A program made the position numbers and the translations under genes. This document shows, in pieces, positions 55,770-63,986 of a stretch of DNA of 64,000 nt. Where the stretch lies: the UHGV virus genome UHGV-0064883; one strand, given 5' to 3'. The notes beneath the pieces are model-generated. The model made no database searches. It had not been told where the DNA came from and saw only the letters and a program-made list of their open reading frames with translations. Positions within the stretch are counted from its first letter, which is position 1; the number at the start of each line of letters is the position of its first letter. Source of the DNA: a virus.

Positions 55770-56060
55770 ATGAACAGAAACGTAACTAAAACCGTAACCC
55801 ATCATATTCTTCCCTGTCTGGGCCTTCTGATTGTTGAAGCCGTCTCCTGCGTGCTTGCCGTCTATGGCATTGTTATCCTGCTTGGATATGACGCGCCTTC
55901 CCTTTATTGTGTGTTATCCGGGATTCTGAAAGCTATCGCGCTGGTAATATTGCTTCTCATCAGCGTGGGAAGCCTGGTGGGTATTGTGGGTGTGGCAGTG
56001 CATCTTTTTTCCTCAAATTGCCGTTGCCAGGAAGAAGACAGTGATGAAATTAACCGATAA
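55770..56060 (+). CDS. Small membrane protein
   Basis: Two or three TM helices (ILPCLGLLIVEAVSCVLAVYGIVILLG; AIALVILLLISVGSLVGIVGVAV). Confidence 0.4.
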   Translation: MNRNVTKTVTHHILPCLGLLIVEAVSCVLAVYGIVILLGYDAPSLYCVLSGILKAIALVILLLISVGSLVGIVGVAVHLFSSNCRCQEEDSDEINR

Positions 56061-56075
56061 TCCTCCAGACAAAAA

Positions 56076-56636
56076 ATGAAATTGACGCTTGAACAAAAAG
56101 CTTTTTATGAATATGGCCGGGCTGTGGAATCCCTCAAGAGGACAATTTACGAAACCCGCGAAACTGCTATTCAGGAATTCAAAGACCCATACCGCTTTCT
56201 TTCGACATATGACCGGAAACAGCTGATTGACGCAATGGGTCTTGCCTCGGAGATTTCTGCTGTCCGGCAGAAGCGTGCCGCGTGCAGGGCGTGGAAGTTG
56301 CTAGCACAAAGACATTGCCAGAATTGTTGTTATTACGGAAAATCCGGTAATGATGCGCCCTGCGTCGATTGTACCTTGGGAGACATTGGTGATGATACTC
56401 GTCTTAGCTGTAATTGGGCGCCAAGGCGCAAGTTCAGAAAAGGTGATATTGTACGTCGGATTGATACCGGAAAAATGCGGGCGTATGATGACCATATTCC
56501 ATTCGGAAAACTTGTAACCATACTGAAAGACGAGACTGATGACGACTGCGGAAATATCTTAGTAGGAACTAGAGAAACTACGCAGGCCGTAAAATTCTAT
56601 GAAGTGAAACTTTTTTTAAAAAAAGCTAACGATTGA
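56076..56636 (+). CDS. Cys-cluster protein, paralog family B (with 45901-46258)
   Basis: MKLTLEQKAFYEYGRAV... and a CQNCCYYG...CVDC cluster. Confidence 0.4.
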   Translation: MKLTLEQKAFYEYGRAVESLKRTIYETRETAIQEFKDPYRFLSTYDRKQLIDAMGLASEISAVRQKRAACRAWKLLAQRHCQNCCYYGKSGNDAPCVDCTLGDIGDDTRLSCNWAPRRKFRKGDIVRRIDTGKMRAYDDHIPFGKLVTILKDETDDDCGNILVGTRETTQAVKFYEVKLFLKKAND

Positions 56637-56837
56637 TTGAACATGAAAAAAGAAAAACTTAAATGTTTTATATGCGGGCAAGCAGTAGAATTAGTTGGTG
56701 ACTCTGCTCAAATAGAACGTATGGGTTATGACAGGCACAATGACCGTCCGTTTTTTAATGTCTGCCGTGAATGTCAACAACTTATCGACAAATGCCTTAT
56801 AGAATTTGAGCAGAAATTTCCAGATGAAGACGCTTAA
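56637..56837 (+). CDS. Small zinc-ribbon protein
   Basis: CFICGQ...CREC, 66 aa. Confidence 0.35.
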   Translation: MNMKKEKLKCFICGQAVELVGDSAQIERMGYDRHNDRPFFNVCRECQQLIDKCLIEFEQKFPDEDA

Positions 56838-57168
56838 ATGTCCACTGTGCGGGAGTTTGTTGAAACTGGATTTCAGTTGCAAATATATCTGCCCCAATTG
56901 CGAACTAGCTGCAAAAAGCGGAATCTCAAAAGAAGAGGCACTAAAACGTGCGGAAAAACTTATTTCTCAATTCCCACCTATCATGCGGGTATTTCCAGGA
57001 GATAAGTTAAAGTTTTTTAACCACCAAATGCGCCAGAAAATTGCATACATAGAAAAAGTTAATTTGAAGTCTGGCTGGATAAAAACAAATAAAGGATTTG
57101 CCCGCCCGGATGATGTGATTCTGTGGCCTTGGGAACTTGAACAAAAAGAAGAAGGAGATAAACAATGA
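56824..57168 (+). CDS. Zinc-ribbon protein, paralog family C (copy 2)
   Basis: MKTLKCPLCG...CPNC, then ISQFPPIMRVFPGDK, then WPWELEQ. Confidence 0.45.
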   Translation: MKTLKCPLCGSLLKLDFSCKYICPNCELAAKSGISKEEALKRAEKLISQFPPIMRVFPGDKLKFFNHQMRQKIAYIEKVNLKSGWIKTNKGFARPDDVILWPWELEQKEEGDKQ

Positions 57169-57506
57169 AAACACCTAGATGTCCGCTGTGCGGAGAAGAA
57201 TTAACGCCGTCTGTACAAAAATACGGATTTGAATACGTCTGCTGGAAGTGCAAATGGCAAACCGCTTCACTTTGCTCCACCAGGCAAGAAGCGGAAAAAA
57301 CAGCTCAAAAGCTAATCTCCAAGTTCCCTCCCATCATGAGGGTTCATCCTGGCGATAAGCTTCATGACAAGTGGTGCGGGCTGGTCACGGTTGAATCCGT
57401 CGATAAGGAAGACTGTGTAATCACAGTACGAACTGTCAAGGGGAATGTATCCCGTACTTATTGCGAGGATGTTAATGAATGGCCCTGGGAAATCGAACAA
57501 GAATAA
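57165..57506 (+). CDS. Zinc-ribbon protein, paralog family C (copy 3)
   Basis: MKTPRCPLCG...CWKC, then ISKFPPIMRVHPGDK, then WPWEIEQ. ATGA overlap with copy 2. Confidence 0.45.
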   Translation: MKTPRCPLCGEELTPSVQKYGFEYVCWKCKWQTASLCSTRQEAEKTAQKLISKFPPIMRVHPGDKLHDKWCGLVTVESVDKEDCVITVRTVKGNVSRTYCEDVNEWPWEIEQE

Positions 57507-57509
57507 ATT

Positions 57510-57803
57510 ATGGACATAAATGAATTGTTAGAAGATAAGGATAACGGGCTTGTTCCGTTAGACGGGCGCAGTTATGATATAGCTGCATACGCTGGACAAC
57601 TACGGCAGGCCCGGAATCTTTTACTGGGTTCCCTGCCCGCTGAAACAGTGGCTTGCATGTCGGATAATGAAGTACTCCAAACTTTGGTTGACTGCAAGAA
57701 TCTCGTTCCAGTCGCCGCCTCCTATAAAGACGGCATAGACGATGAAGTCATCTTTCTGGTTCCGGCGGAAATATTGAAGAGGTGCAGGGTTCTGCAACGC
57801 TGA
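57510..57803 (+). CDS. Hypothetical protein
   Basis: 97-aa ORF. Confidence 0.35.
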   Translation: MDINELLEDKDNGLVPLDGRSYDIAAYAGQLRQARNLLLGSLPAETVACMSDNEVLQTLVDCKNLVPVAASYKDGIDDEVIFLVPAEILKRCRVLQR

Positions 57804-57862
57804 ATGATTTTCCGGCAAACCACGCTATGAACGGAAAAACATGAGAAAAAAGGAATCATGCA

Positions 57863-58270
57863 ATGACCGATATTCTTCTATCTATCAAAAAGCCGTTCTC
57901 CGACCTCATTTTGTCGGAGGAAAAGAAATGGGAGCTGCGGAAAACCGAACCCCGCGCCATGAAAGACGGCCCCATAATGCTCTGGCTTTATGAATCCGGG
58001 AAGGATGGGGCGCATGCCATTATTGGAAAATGCCAGACAAAGTATGCGCTGCCCATGCTCCAACAACTGAACAACTGGCAACGCCTGTGGATGATGCGGG
58101 AAGCCTGCATCACGAAAGAATACCTGTCTTCCTACATCCCCTGCCGCGCCTGGAACCTCACCAGCCCCGTGCGGCTTCCCTACGCCGTACCGCTCTCTGA
58201 AATCGGCCTGGTCCGCCCTCCGCAGTCCTGGCAATACCTCACCGAAGAACAAGCAGCACTTTTACGATGA
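57863..58270 (+). CDS. ASCH-domain (PUA-like) protein
   Basis: N-terminal ILLSIKKPFSDLILSEEKKWELRK matches the ASCH start pattern (ILLSIKP-x-Y-x-x-I-x-x-G-x-K-x-x-E-x-R). Confidence 0.45.
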   Translation: MTDILLSIKKPFSDLILSEEKKWELRKTEPRAMKDGPIMLWLYESGKDGAHAIIGKCQTKYALPMLQQLNNWQRLWMMREACITKEYLSSYIPCRAWNLTSPVRLPYAVPLSEIGLVRPPQSWQYLTEEQAALLR

Positions 58271-58420
58271 AAAACCCTATAAAATTTCTACAGCACATGA
58301 TTACCGGCATACAGACTGCCACCCCCCCCCACCTCTACTACCGCCGCCGAAGAAACCCCGGAAAGGCAGACGTACAGGAATCTCCGGCAGGCATGGAGAT
58401 ATTACTACCGCACTCACAAG

Positions 58421-58633
58421 GTGGATTTGGCCATTCTTTACCAGTTAACCGGCCTGCGTGACCGGCTGGACCCGGACAAAGACCCGGAACAGTACGCCCA
58501 TGCGGTGAAGGCGGTGGAAGCCATCAATGGTGTCCTGGCTCAAAACCGGATTATCCAGACACGCATTTCCGCCCTGATGACCGACTGCCGGAAAAAGTAC
58601 GAGAAAAACAGAACGCCCCATCATGAGCAGTAA
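58421..58633 (+). CDS. Hypothetical protein; possibly the C-terminal part of a gene split at a C9 tract
   Basis: 70-aa ORF. The upstream ORF 58267-58461 carries a C9 tract (58322-58330). Deleting one C would fuse the two frames. Confidence 0.3.
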   Translation: MDLAILYQLTGLRDRLDPDKDPEQYAHAVKAVEAINGVLAQNRIIQTRISALMTDCRKKYEKNRTPHHEQ

Positions 58634-59423
58634 TTTTGAAATACCGCCCCAGGAACTTTATGTTGACTGGCCGGAACAGCCCTGGCCCCGCCTGTCAGGG
58701 CAGCTTGACCGGAAGCAGCTCCGCCGCGAATTGCTGGACGTGCTGAAACATCTTTCAAACAAGGCGAAACTCCGTATTGGGCCGTCCGGGACCACCAGCA
58801 AGAAAGTACATTATGCCTGCGAATCCAGATATACCCGTCTGATAGCCTCTGACTGTGTGGCGCTGGCCGTCATTACCCGGAAACGGCTGGAAGCTGACAA
58901 GCCGGCAGGCTATTGCGGGCATATTGCACCCAAATCGGGAAGAATCTACCCCGACAAGCCGAACTACTTCACGCAGTTCTGGAAACGGTCGATGCCCGGC
59001 AGCCCGGAATGCACCATTGCCATCAACTACGATACGTGCATTGCCAGCCTCGAACGGTTTGCCTTTTTCGCCAATATGGCTGATTCCAGCCAAAACTGCT
59101 GCGCGGAAAATTACTATTTTGGCGTAACAAACCGCCGTGGAAACTTTATTGCCGTCCATCCGTGCTATATCGGCAATTTTCTCCGGCTGGTGGAAATCCT
59201 GCACCGCCATCTTGGCGGCCGATTGAAAATGACCCTGCGCGTTCCCGCCGCACAGAGCGGCCCTCTGCGTTTTTCCTTCCTGGCGGGCAAGAATGCGGGC
59301 GATTGCTATATTCTGGACTACGCCGTAATGCCGTTCTGGCATAAGCATCCCCTCAAAGGCTTCCGCCGCGTGGCGCTGAACTGCTTCCAGATAGGCAATT
59401 GGGCGGGGAAGAACAAGCCCTGA
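58623..59423 (+). CDS. Hypothetical protein
   Basis: 266-aa ORF. Confidence 0.45.
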   Translation: MSSNFEIPPQELYVDWPEQPWPRLSGQLDRKQLRRELLDVLKHLSNKAKLRIGPSGTTSKKVHYACESRYTRLIASDCVALAVITRKRLEADKPAGYCGHIAPKSGRIYPDKPNYFTQFWKRSMPGSPECTIAINYDTCIASLERFAFFANMADSSQNCCAENYYFGVTNRRGNFIAVHPCYIGNFLRLVEILHRHLGGRLKMTLRVPAAQSGPLRFSFLAGKNAGDCYILDYAVMPFWHKHPLKGFRRVALNCFQIGNWAGKNKP

Positions 59424-59426
59424 AAA

Positions 59427-59445
59427 ATTTGCAATGATTGCAAAT
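59427..59445. repeat. 19-bp palindrome ATTTGCAATGATTGCAAAT (copy 17)
   Basis: 3 nt after the previous stop; 90 nt before the tail fiber ATG. Confidence 0.9.
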
Positions 59446-59535
59446 TTCAAAAAAGTGCGCGGGATGCCATATGTGCGGGGTTCCGTGCGCTTTGCGGTTT
59501 GACAGCCTGCGCCCTTTGAAACAAAGTGTGCCTGT

Positions 59536-61941
59536 ATGATTCAAGCCGCCCATTTTGACATCAAGACCGTTACCGGACTCCGGCAGGCGCTGGTACTGTC
59601 CGCAGAGTATGAAAATGAGCCTTTCCCTCTTGAGGGCTACACCCTCCACGGCAGTATCGGGACGTACCCAAGAATGGATTTGAAATGTTCCGTGGACGAA
59701 AACGGTCGCGCCCGGATTGAATGGGATTCCGTGCCTCCGGGGAACTGGAAATATGATGTGTTTCTCATCAGTGCCAGCAACGATGAAACCCCCCTCATGG
59801 AAGGGACTTTCACCGCCCTTCCAAGAATCACCCCCGTTCTGGACGATGAATCCGTCAATGATGAAGTCGGCGGGGTTCTGCACCTGCCTTCCGGGAACGA
59901 GGGAACTATCACCTTGGAGGTTGACGGCGGATTCGTCTCAAAAGAATATGCGGCCATTGCCAAGGATGCGGCGGAGAAGGCCCAACAGGCTCTGGAAGAC
60001 ATCAAGCAGGCATTGCAGGGCGTAGTCACGTCGATTGGCGGGGCATCCGGAGACATCCTTCTGGATTCCGGTCTGAAAATCACCGGCGACCGGGAAAAAG
60101 GCAATGTTTCCCTGTCCCTGGACGACAAAACGGTCGTATTGACCGCGGGCAGCCAGACGATTGACGGCGTGAAAACCTTTTCATCCCCTCCCGTCATTGC
60201 GTCCGCCCCCGCTTCCAACAATGAGGCGGCAAACAAGAAGTATGTCGATGACATGGCGAGCAAGGCCACCGGCACTACCATTAACGGCGTTTCCGGGAAC
60301 ATCACGCTGGACCTTCCCATGCAGCTGGACCCTGGTACCAAGTCCATGTCTGTAGATTTGAGCGGCTACGCCTCTTTGCAGACGGATAACGTTTTTGAGG
60401 GCGGCAATACGTTTATGGCCGGAATCAAGGGCCATGTCGACAGCGTAACCGGCACTGATATCCTGTACGCAACCAACGTCCCCGGCGACAGCAGCAGCGG
60501 GCATCCGGTATTGACCATTGAGCATGTCGGTTCCAGCAACGTGAGGATTTCCTCCGGAACGCATTTGCTGTTGAAAGCCAGGGGCGGCAATATTTATGCG
60601 GAATCCATCTTCACCGCGAACGGGGGCGTCAATGTTTACGGCTCCGCCCTGTTCAATTCCGGCGTAACCGCCAGCCAGTCGCTCACCGTGGGCGGCCATG
60701 CCCAGTTCAATGATACTGTGCGCGTGGAAACCGGGAAAATCGACCCCGGCAATTTCGGCCATACCTGGACATTCGGCTCACTGATTGATTCCCCCACGAC
60801 TGACGACAACAACAATCACCGGCTATGCTGCAAATCCACTTCCGACAACGGGGCCTACATCATCTACCATGAGCGGGTGATCAACGGCGCATGGATGAAA
60901 GATAAGATTATTCCCGCCTGCCAGTTCGATTTTTCCTGGCACAACGACGCCTCCCTTGTCGTCAAGGACCCCACTAAGGCGGAACAGGCCGCCAACAAAA
61001 ATTATGTGGATTCGCAGTTTAATTGCCTGTCCCTGTCCTACATGACTCTGGACACCCCGCAAACGGTCAAAGCCGAAAAAACCTTTACCGGCAACGTCAA
61101 TATCAACACCAACGGAAACAACGGCACGCTGACCCTGAAAACCAGCGGGGGCGTGGGGTATCTGGTAATGGACACCGGAGAATTCTCCATTTCTGTCGAT
61201 TATCTCACTCTGGGGGGCCAAACTTTCGTTCAAACGCTGAATGTGGCGGAATCCTCCCTGTTCACCGGGTCCGTAACCGTGAGCCAATACCTGAAAACAA
61301 GCTCGCTGGACGCTGAAAACGTGGAAGCGAGTACGATAAATCTGGTGGATAGTTATGACCTGTCCTGCATTGACCTGATGCCGTTTTACGACTCTCCAGA
61401 TACAGCAAGCCTAATCTTCCATCCCGCCCAGACCGGCCCCGGCACAACGGATTACGATATACAGCTTTATTTCACCTACGGTTCCAGCGGCGGCTTCGCG
61501 GACTGGCTGGCCGGACCATCTATACAGATGATGCGGTTCCATCCGGCAATCGGGTTTTACAATGCGGTATCTTACAGCAATCCGGTAGTGTTTCTCGGTT
61601 CAGCTACATTCAGCGCCCTGTTGAAAGCGCAGCAGGCTGAAATAGACCAGCTGAAAATCAACAGCCCGTTGTATGAGGAGGGGTTTTTAGCCTGGCAGGA
61701 TGCCGGGGGCCTCTCCATGACCCGCCCCAGCATTACGGAATCCCTATACGATGCCGACAACCCCAAAGCCATGTTGAACCGGGAAGACAACGACCAGCGC
61801 TATTTGCAGGTAAAATCCCTTACGGCGGCGGAATACGCAGCCCTCGGTTCCTACAGTCTGACAACCCTGTACCGGATTACGGATGCAGACCCCGCCGCGG
61901 TATATCTGGGGGACCTGAAATTATCCGTGGCCGCCGACTGA
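59536..61941 (+). CDS. Tail fiber protein
   Basis: 801 aa. Repeated A-x-NK-x-YVD motifs (EAANKKYVDDMA, AANKNYVDSQF) are typical of phage tail-fiber repeats. Gly/Ser/Thr/Asn-rich beta-type composition. Confidence 0.7.
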   Translation: MIQAAHFDIKTVTGLRQALVLSAEYENEPFPLEGYTLHGSIGTYPRMDLKCSVDENGRARIEWDSVPPGNWKYDVFLISASNDETPLMEGTFTALPRITPVLDDESVNDEVGGVLHLPSGNEGTITLEVDGGFVSKEYAAIAKDAAEKAQQALEDIKQALQGVVTSIGGASGDILLDSGLKITGDREKGNVSLSLDDKTVVLTAGSQTIDGVKTFSSPPVIASAPASNNEAANKKYVDDMASKATGTTINGVSGNITLDLPMQLDPGTKSMSVDLSGYASLQTDNVFEGGNTFMAGIKGHVDSVTGTDILYATNVPGDSSSGHPVLTIEHVGSSNVRISSGTHLLLKARGGNIYAESIFTANGGVNVYGSALFNSGVTASQSLTVGGHAQFNDTVRVETGKIDPGNFGHTWTFGSLIDSPTTDDNNNHRLCCKSTSDNGAYIIYHERVINGAWMKDKIIPACQFDFSWHNDASLVVKDPTKAEQAANKNYVDSQFNCLSLSYMTLDTPQTVKAEKTFTGNVNINTNGNNGTLTLKTSGGVGYLVMDTGEFSISVDYLTLGGQTFVQTLNVAESSLFTGSVTVSQYLKTSSLDAENVEASTINLVDSYDLSCIDLMPFYDSPDTASLIFHPAQTGPGTTDYDIQLYFTYGSSGGFADWLAGPSIQMMRFHPAIGFYNAVSYSNPVVFLGSATFSALLKAQQAEIDQLKINSPLYEEGFLAWQDAGGLSMTRPSITESLYDADNPKAMLNREDNDQRYLQVKSLTAAEYAALGSYSLTTLYRITDADPAAVYLGDLKLSVAAD

Positions 61942-61977
61942 TTTACTTTACAGCAATCCCCCTCCGCCTATAATTGC

Positions 61978-62547
61978 ATGCCTATGAAAGACAACATCCT
62001 AGTGTTATGCCACAGCAACATGCACCGCAGCCCGTTCGTTGCGGAATTCATCCGGAACTCCCCCTACGGAGACAGCTATGAAGTCCGTGATGCGGGACTG
62101 CACGTCGACAAGGAGCAGCGCGTGCCCAAATCCCTTCAGCGGGCCTTCCAGACCGTCTCCCAGGGGAGCCTGAAAAGCCACAAGTCGCGCCCGGTGGGAA
62201 TCAGCGATATTCTGTGGGCAGACAAAATAATCATCATGGAGCCGGAGAACAAAAGCGACCTCCTGCAAATGCTCGGAAGCCTGCACCTCTCCGACAAGCC
62301 CCGGTACGACCACATTGTCTCCAAGATAATCTCCCTGGCCCAAATCGGCGGGAAGACAGCCGTGGACGACCCTCACCACTACTCCCCCGGAACGATCGAA
62401 TACGGAAAAGTAGTATTAAACCTCGCCTGCCTGACAGCCGTCCTTCTGGAAACGTGGGAAGCCCAGCGTTCATTGAGCGGAGGGGAAAAATCCAAAGACC
62501 GGAAACCGGACGACGCGGAATCCGCAGCAGGCCCATTCGGAGCTTGA
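61978..62547 (+). CDS. Low-molecular-weight protein-tyrosine phosphatase (LMW-PTP/ArsC-fold)
   Basis: ILVLCHSNMHRSPFVAEFI carries the C-x5-R-S P-loop signature. A downstream DP (VDDPHHYS) matches the position of the catalytic Asp. Confidence 0.65.
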   Translation: MPMKDNILVLCHSNMHRSPFVAEFIRNSPYGDSYEVRDAGLHVDKEQRVPKSLQRAFQTVSQGSLKSHKSRPVGISDILWADKIIIMEPENKSDLLQMLGSLHLSDKPRYDHIVSKIISLAQIGGKTAVDDPHHYSPGTIEYGKVVLNLACLTAVLLETWEAQRSLSGGEKSKDRKPDDAESAAGPFGA

Positions 62548-62846
62548 CCCGTACCCCCCCCGCATACAATACCGCATAGCCTACACCTCGACATGATATA
62601 TGCTTTCGGCGCAGGACAACGAAAGCCTCCGGTGGAGGCTGATTCAGATGAATGTAATCGTCGTCTGGTTTTACCTCCTGCGGCTCCGGGATTCCGGAAT
62701 CTGGAACAAACACCTGCAGCAGAAGCTGGACGACACGGAACTCGTCTTTTTAATCATCAAATGGTACATGTGGTACATGCCCGTTCTGTTCCCCGCCTGA
62801 TTGCGGGTGGCGAGATGAGATAAAATGATGGGCCGCGCGGAAAAAA

Positions 62847-62882
62847 CGTGTAAAACGTGTAAAACATGTAAAATATGTGCAG
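62847..62882. repeat. Tandem 9-bp repeat (C/T)(G/A)TGTAAAA x3-4 (iteron-like)
   Basis: CGTGTAAAA CGTGTAAAA CATGTAAAA TATGTGCAG, in a 440-bp noncoding stretch that also holds C8 and C9 tracts. Confidence 0.5.
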
Positions 62883-62986
62883 TGCATGTATGCAGGGGGG
62901 ACATATCGCGCGCAGGCGCGGATGCGTAAAGGCATGCGGCCCTACCCCCCCCTATGAAAGTAAATAAATAAAGAAAAAAATCGGAA

Positions 62987-63742
62987 ATGCACGCCTATTT
63001 GCTCTACACACCGGGGGAAATGCTGGAAGGCGAAGACGAACTTACCGCACTGGGCTACCATGTCCATCCTTTTTTGGGCAATAATGATACGTCCGGCCTC
63101 CGGAACAAAGTCAAACACATTCCCAGCCTGGGGCATTCCGCGTCCTATTTATCAGACGGACTGGGCTACAACTGGTGCGGCCACGTCCATGCGCTCCGCG
63201 CCAACTTTGCAACCATGCTGGAAACTTACATGGATGCGGACGACCTTACTATATATGGAGAGTCGGACTGCGTGCCCGCGCCTTATCCCCCTGTGTCCGC
63301 CGACGATATTTCCTGTGTTTGTCAAGAAGCGGTTTCCCGGCATCCTGAAATCGGCATCATCCGTCTGTACCGCCGCGCCACACTATTTAACGAGCCTACC
63401 TGGTGGAACCATGCGCCCCTTGAGATTGTCCCGCTGAAAAAGGCGGCCAGAATCTCCAACATTCCTTTTACGAAATATTACTGTCAAACCCACGCCCTGA
63501 TTATCCGCAGGCACGTCCGCCAAACGGTCATCGACGCCATGCGGGATTATTATTTGCCCATTGACGTGCTCCTATCTTATTTGTCCCAGATTGGGACCGT
63601 GCCCGTGTGGCACACCAGCATCAACCTAATGCTTCAACGCCCCCACAGCACGGGAAAGAGGCTGGCGGACTGGCAGCGCAAACATTCTGTTCCGGCAGCG
63701 GACTATTGGCGCGACAGGCCCGGACTGACTGGAAAAAGGTAG
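62987..63742 (+). CDS. Hypothetical protein
   Basis: 251 aa. A C9 tract lies 35 nt upstream of the ATG. Confidence 0.4.
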   Translation: MHAYLLYTPGEMLEGEDELTALGYHVHPFLGNNDTSGLRNKVKHIPSLGHSASYLSDGLGYNWCGHVHALRANFATMLETYMDADDLTIYGESDCVPAPYPPVSADDISCVCQEAVSRHPEIGIIRLYRRATLFNEPTWWNHAPLEIVPLKKAARISNIPFTKYYCQTHALIIRRHVRQTVIDAMRDYYLPIDVLLSYLSQIGTVPVWHTSINLMLQRPHSTGKRLADWQRKHSVPAADYWRDRPGLTGKR

Positions 63743-63750
63743 GTGCACAA

Positions 63751-63769
63751 ATTTGCAATCATTGCAAAT
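63751..63769. repeat. 19-bp palindrome ATTTGCAATCATTGCAAAT (copy 18)
   Basis: Last copy. Downstream the gene strand switches to minus. Confidence 0.9.
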
Positions 63770-63788
63770 TTTCCTTTTCCCCTCTTTT

Positions 63789-63986
63789 TTACTCTTCCCG
63801 CCTGTCCCGATTGCCGGAATCCCCCAGTAGTGAGTTCCGCGCCTGCTGGGTTTTCAAAAATTCTTTCCAGTAGTGCTCATACGGCCTGTTCGGCTGCGAC
63901 CGGATAATTTCTCTGCAAATCCGCGCATTTTTCAGCAGGCTTTCCATGCCGGAAATCATTGCGGTGTCTGGATGCTCTTCTGTCAT
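63789..63986 (-). CDS. Hypothetical protein (minus strand)
   Basis: 65-aa ORF (MTEEHPDTAMISGMESLLKN...). The only ORF of any length at the window end. Confidence 0.3.
   Translation of the reverse strand: MTEEHPDTAMISGMESLLKNARICREIIRSQPNRPYEHYWKEFLKTQQARNSLLGDSGNRDRREE

Noticed and set aside
62593-62823. ORFs of 60-80 aa in the 62.5-62.98 kb gap (62593-62823 +, 62671-62904 -, 62750-62935 -)
   Set aside because: They overlap one another in different frames within a region full of repeats and homopolymers, with no start context. They are more likely noncoding.
26933-63769. The palindrome copies considered as a CRISPR array or as MITE-like mobile elements
   Set aside because: The copies are single 19-bp sites spaced kilobases apart, with no unique spacers between closely spaced repeats. 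They have no terminal inverted repeats enclosing a body and no target-site duplications.
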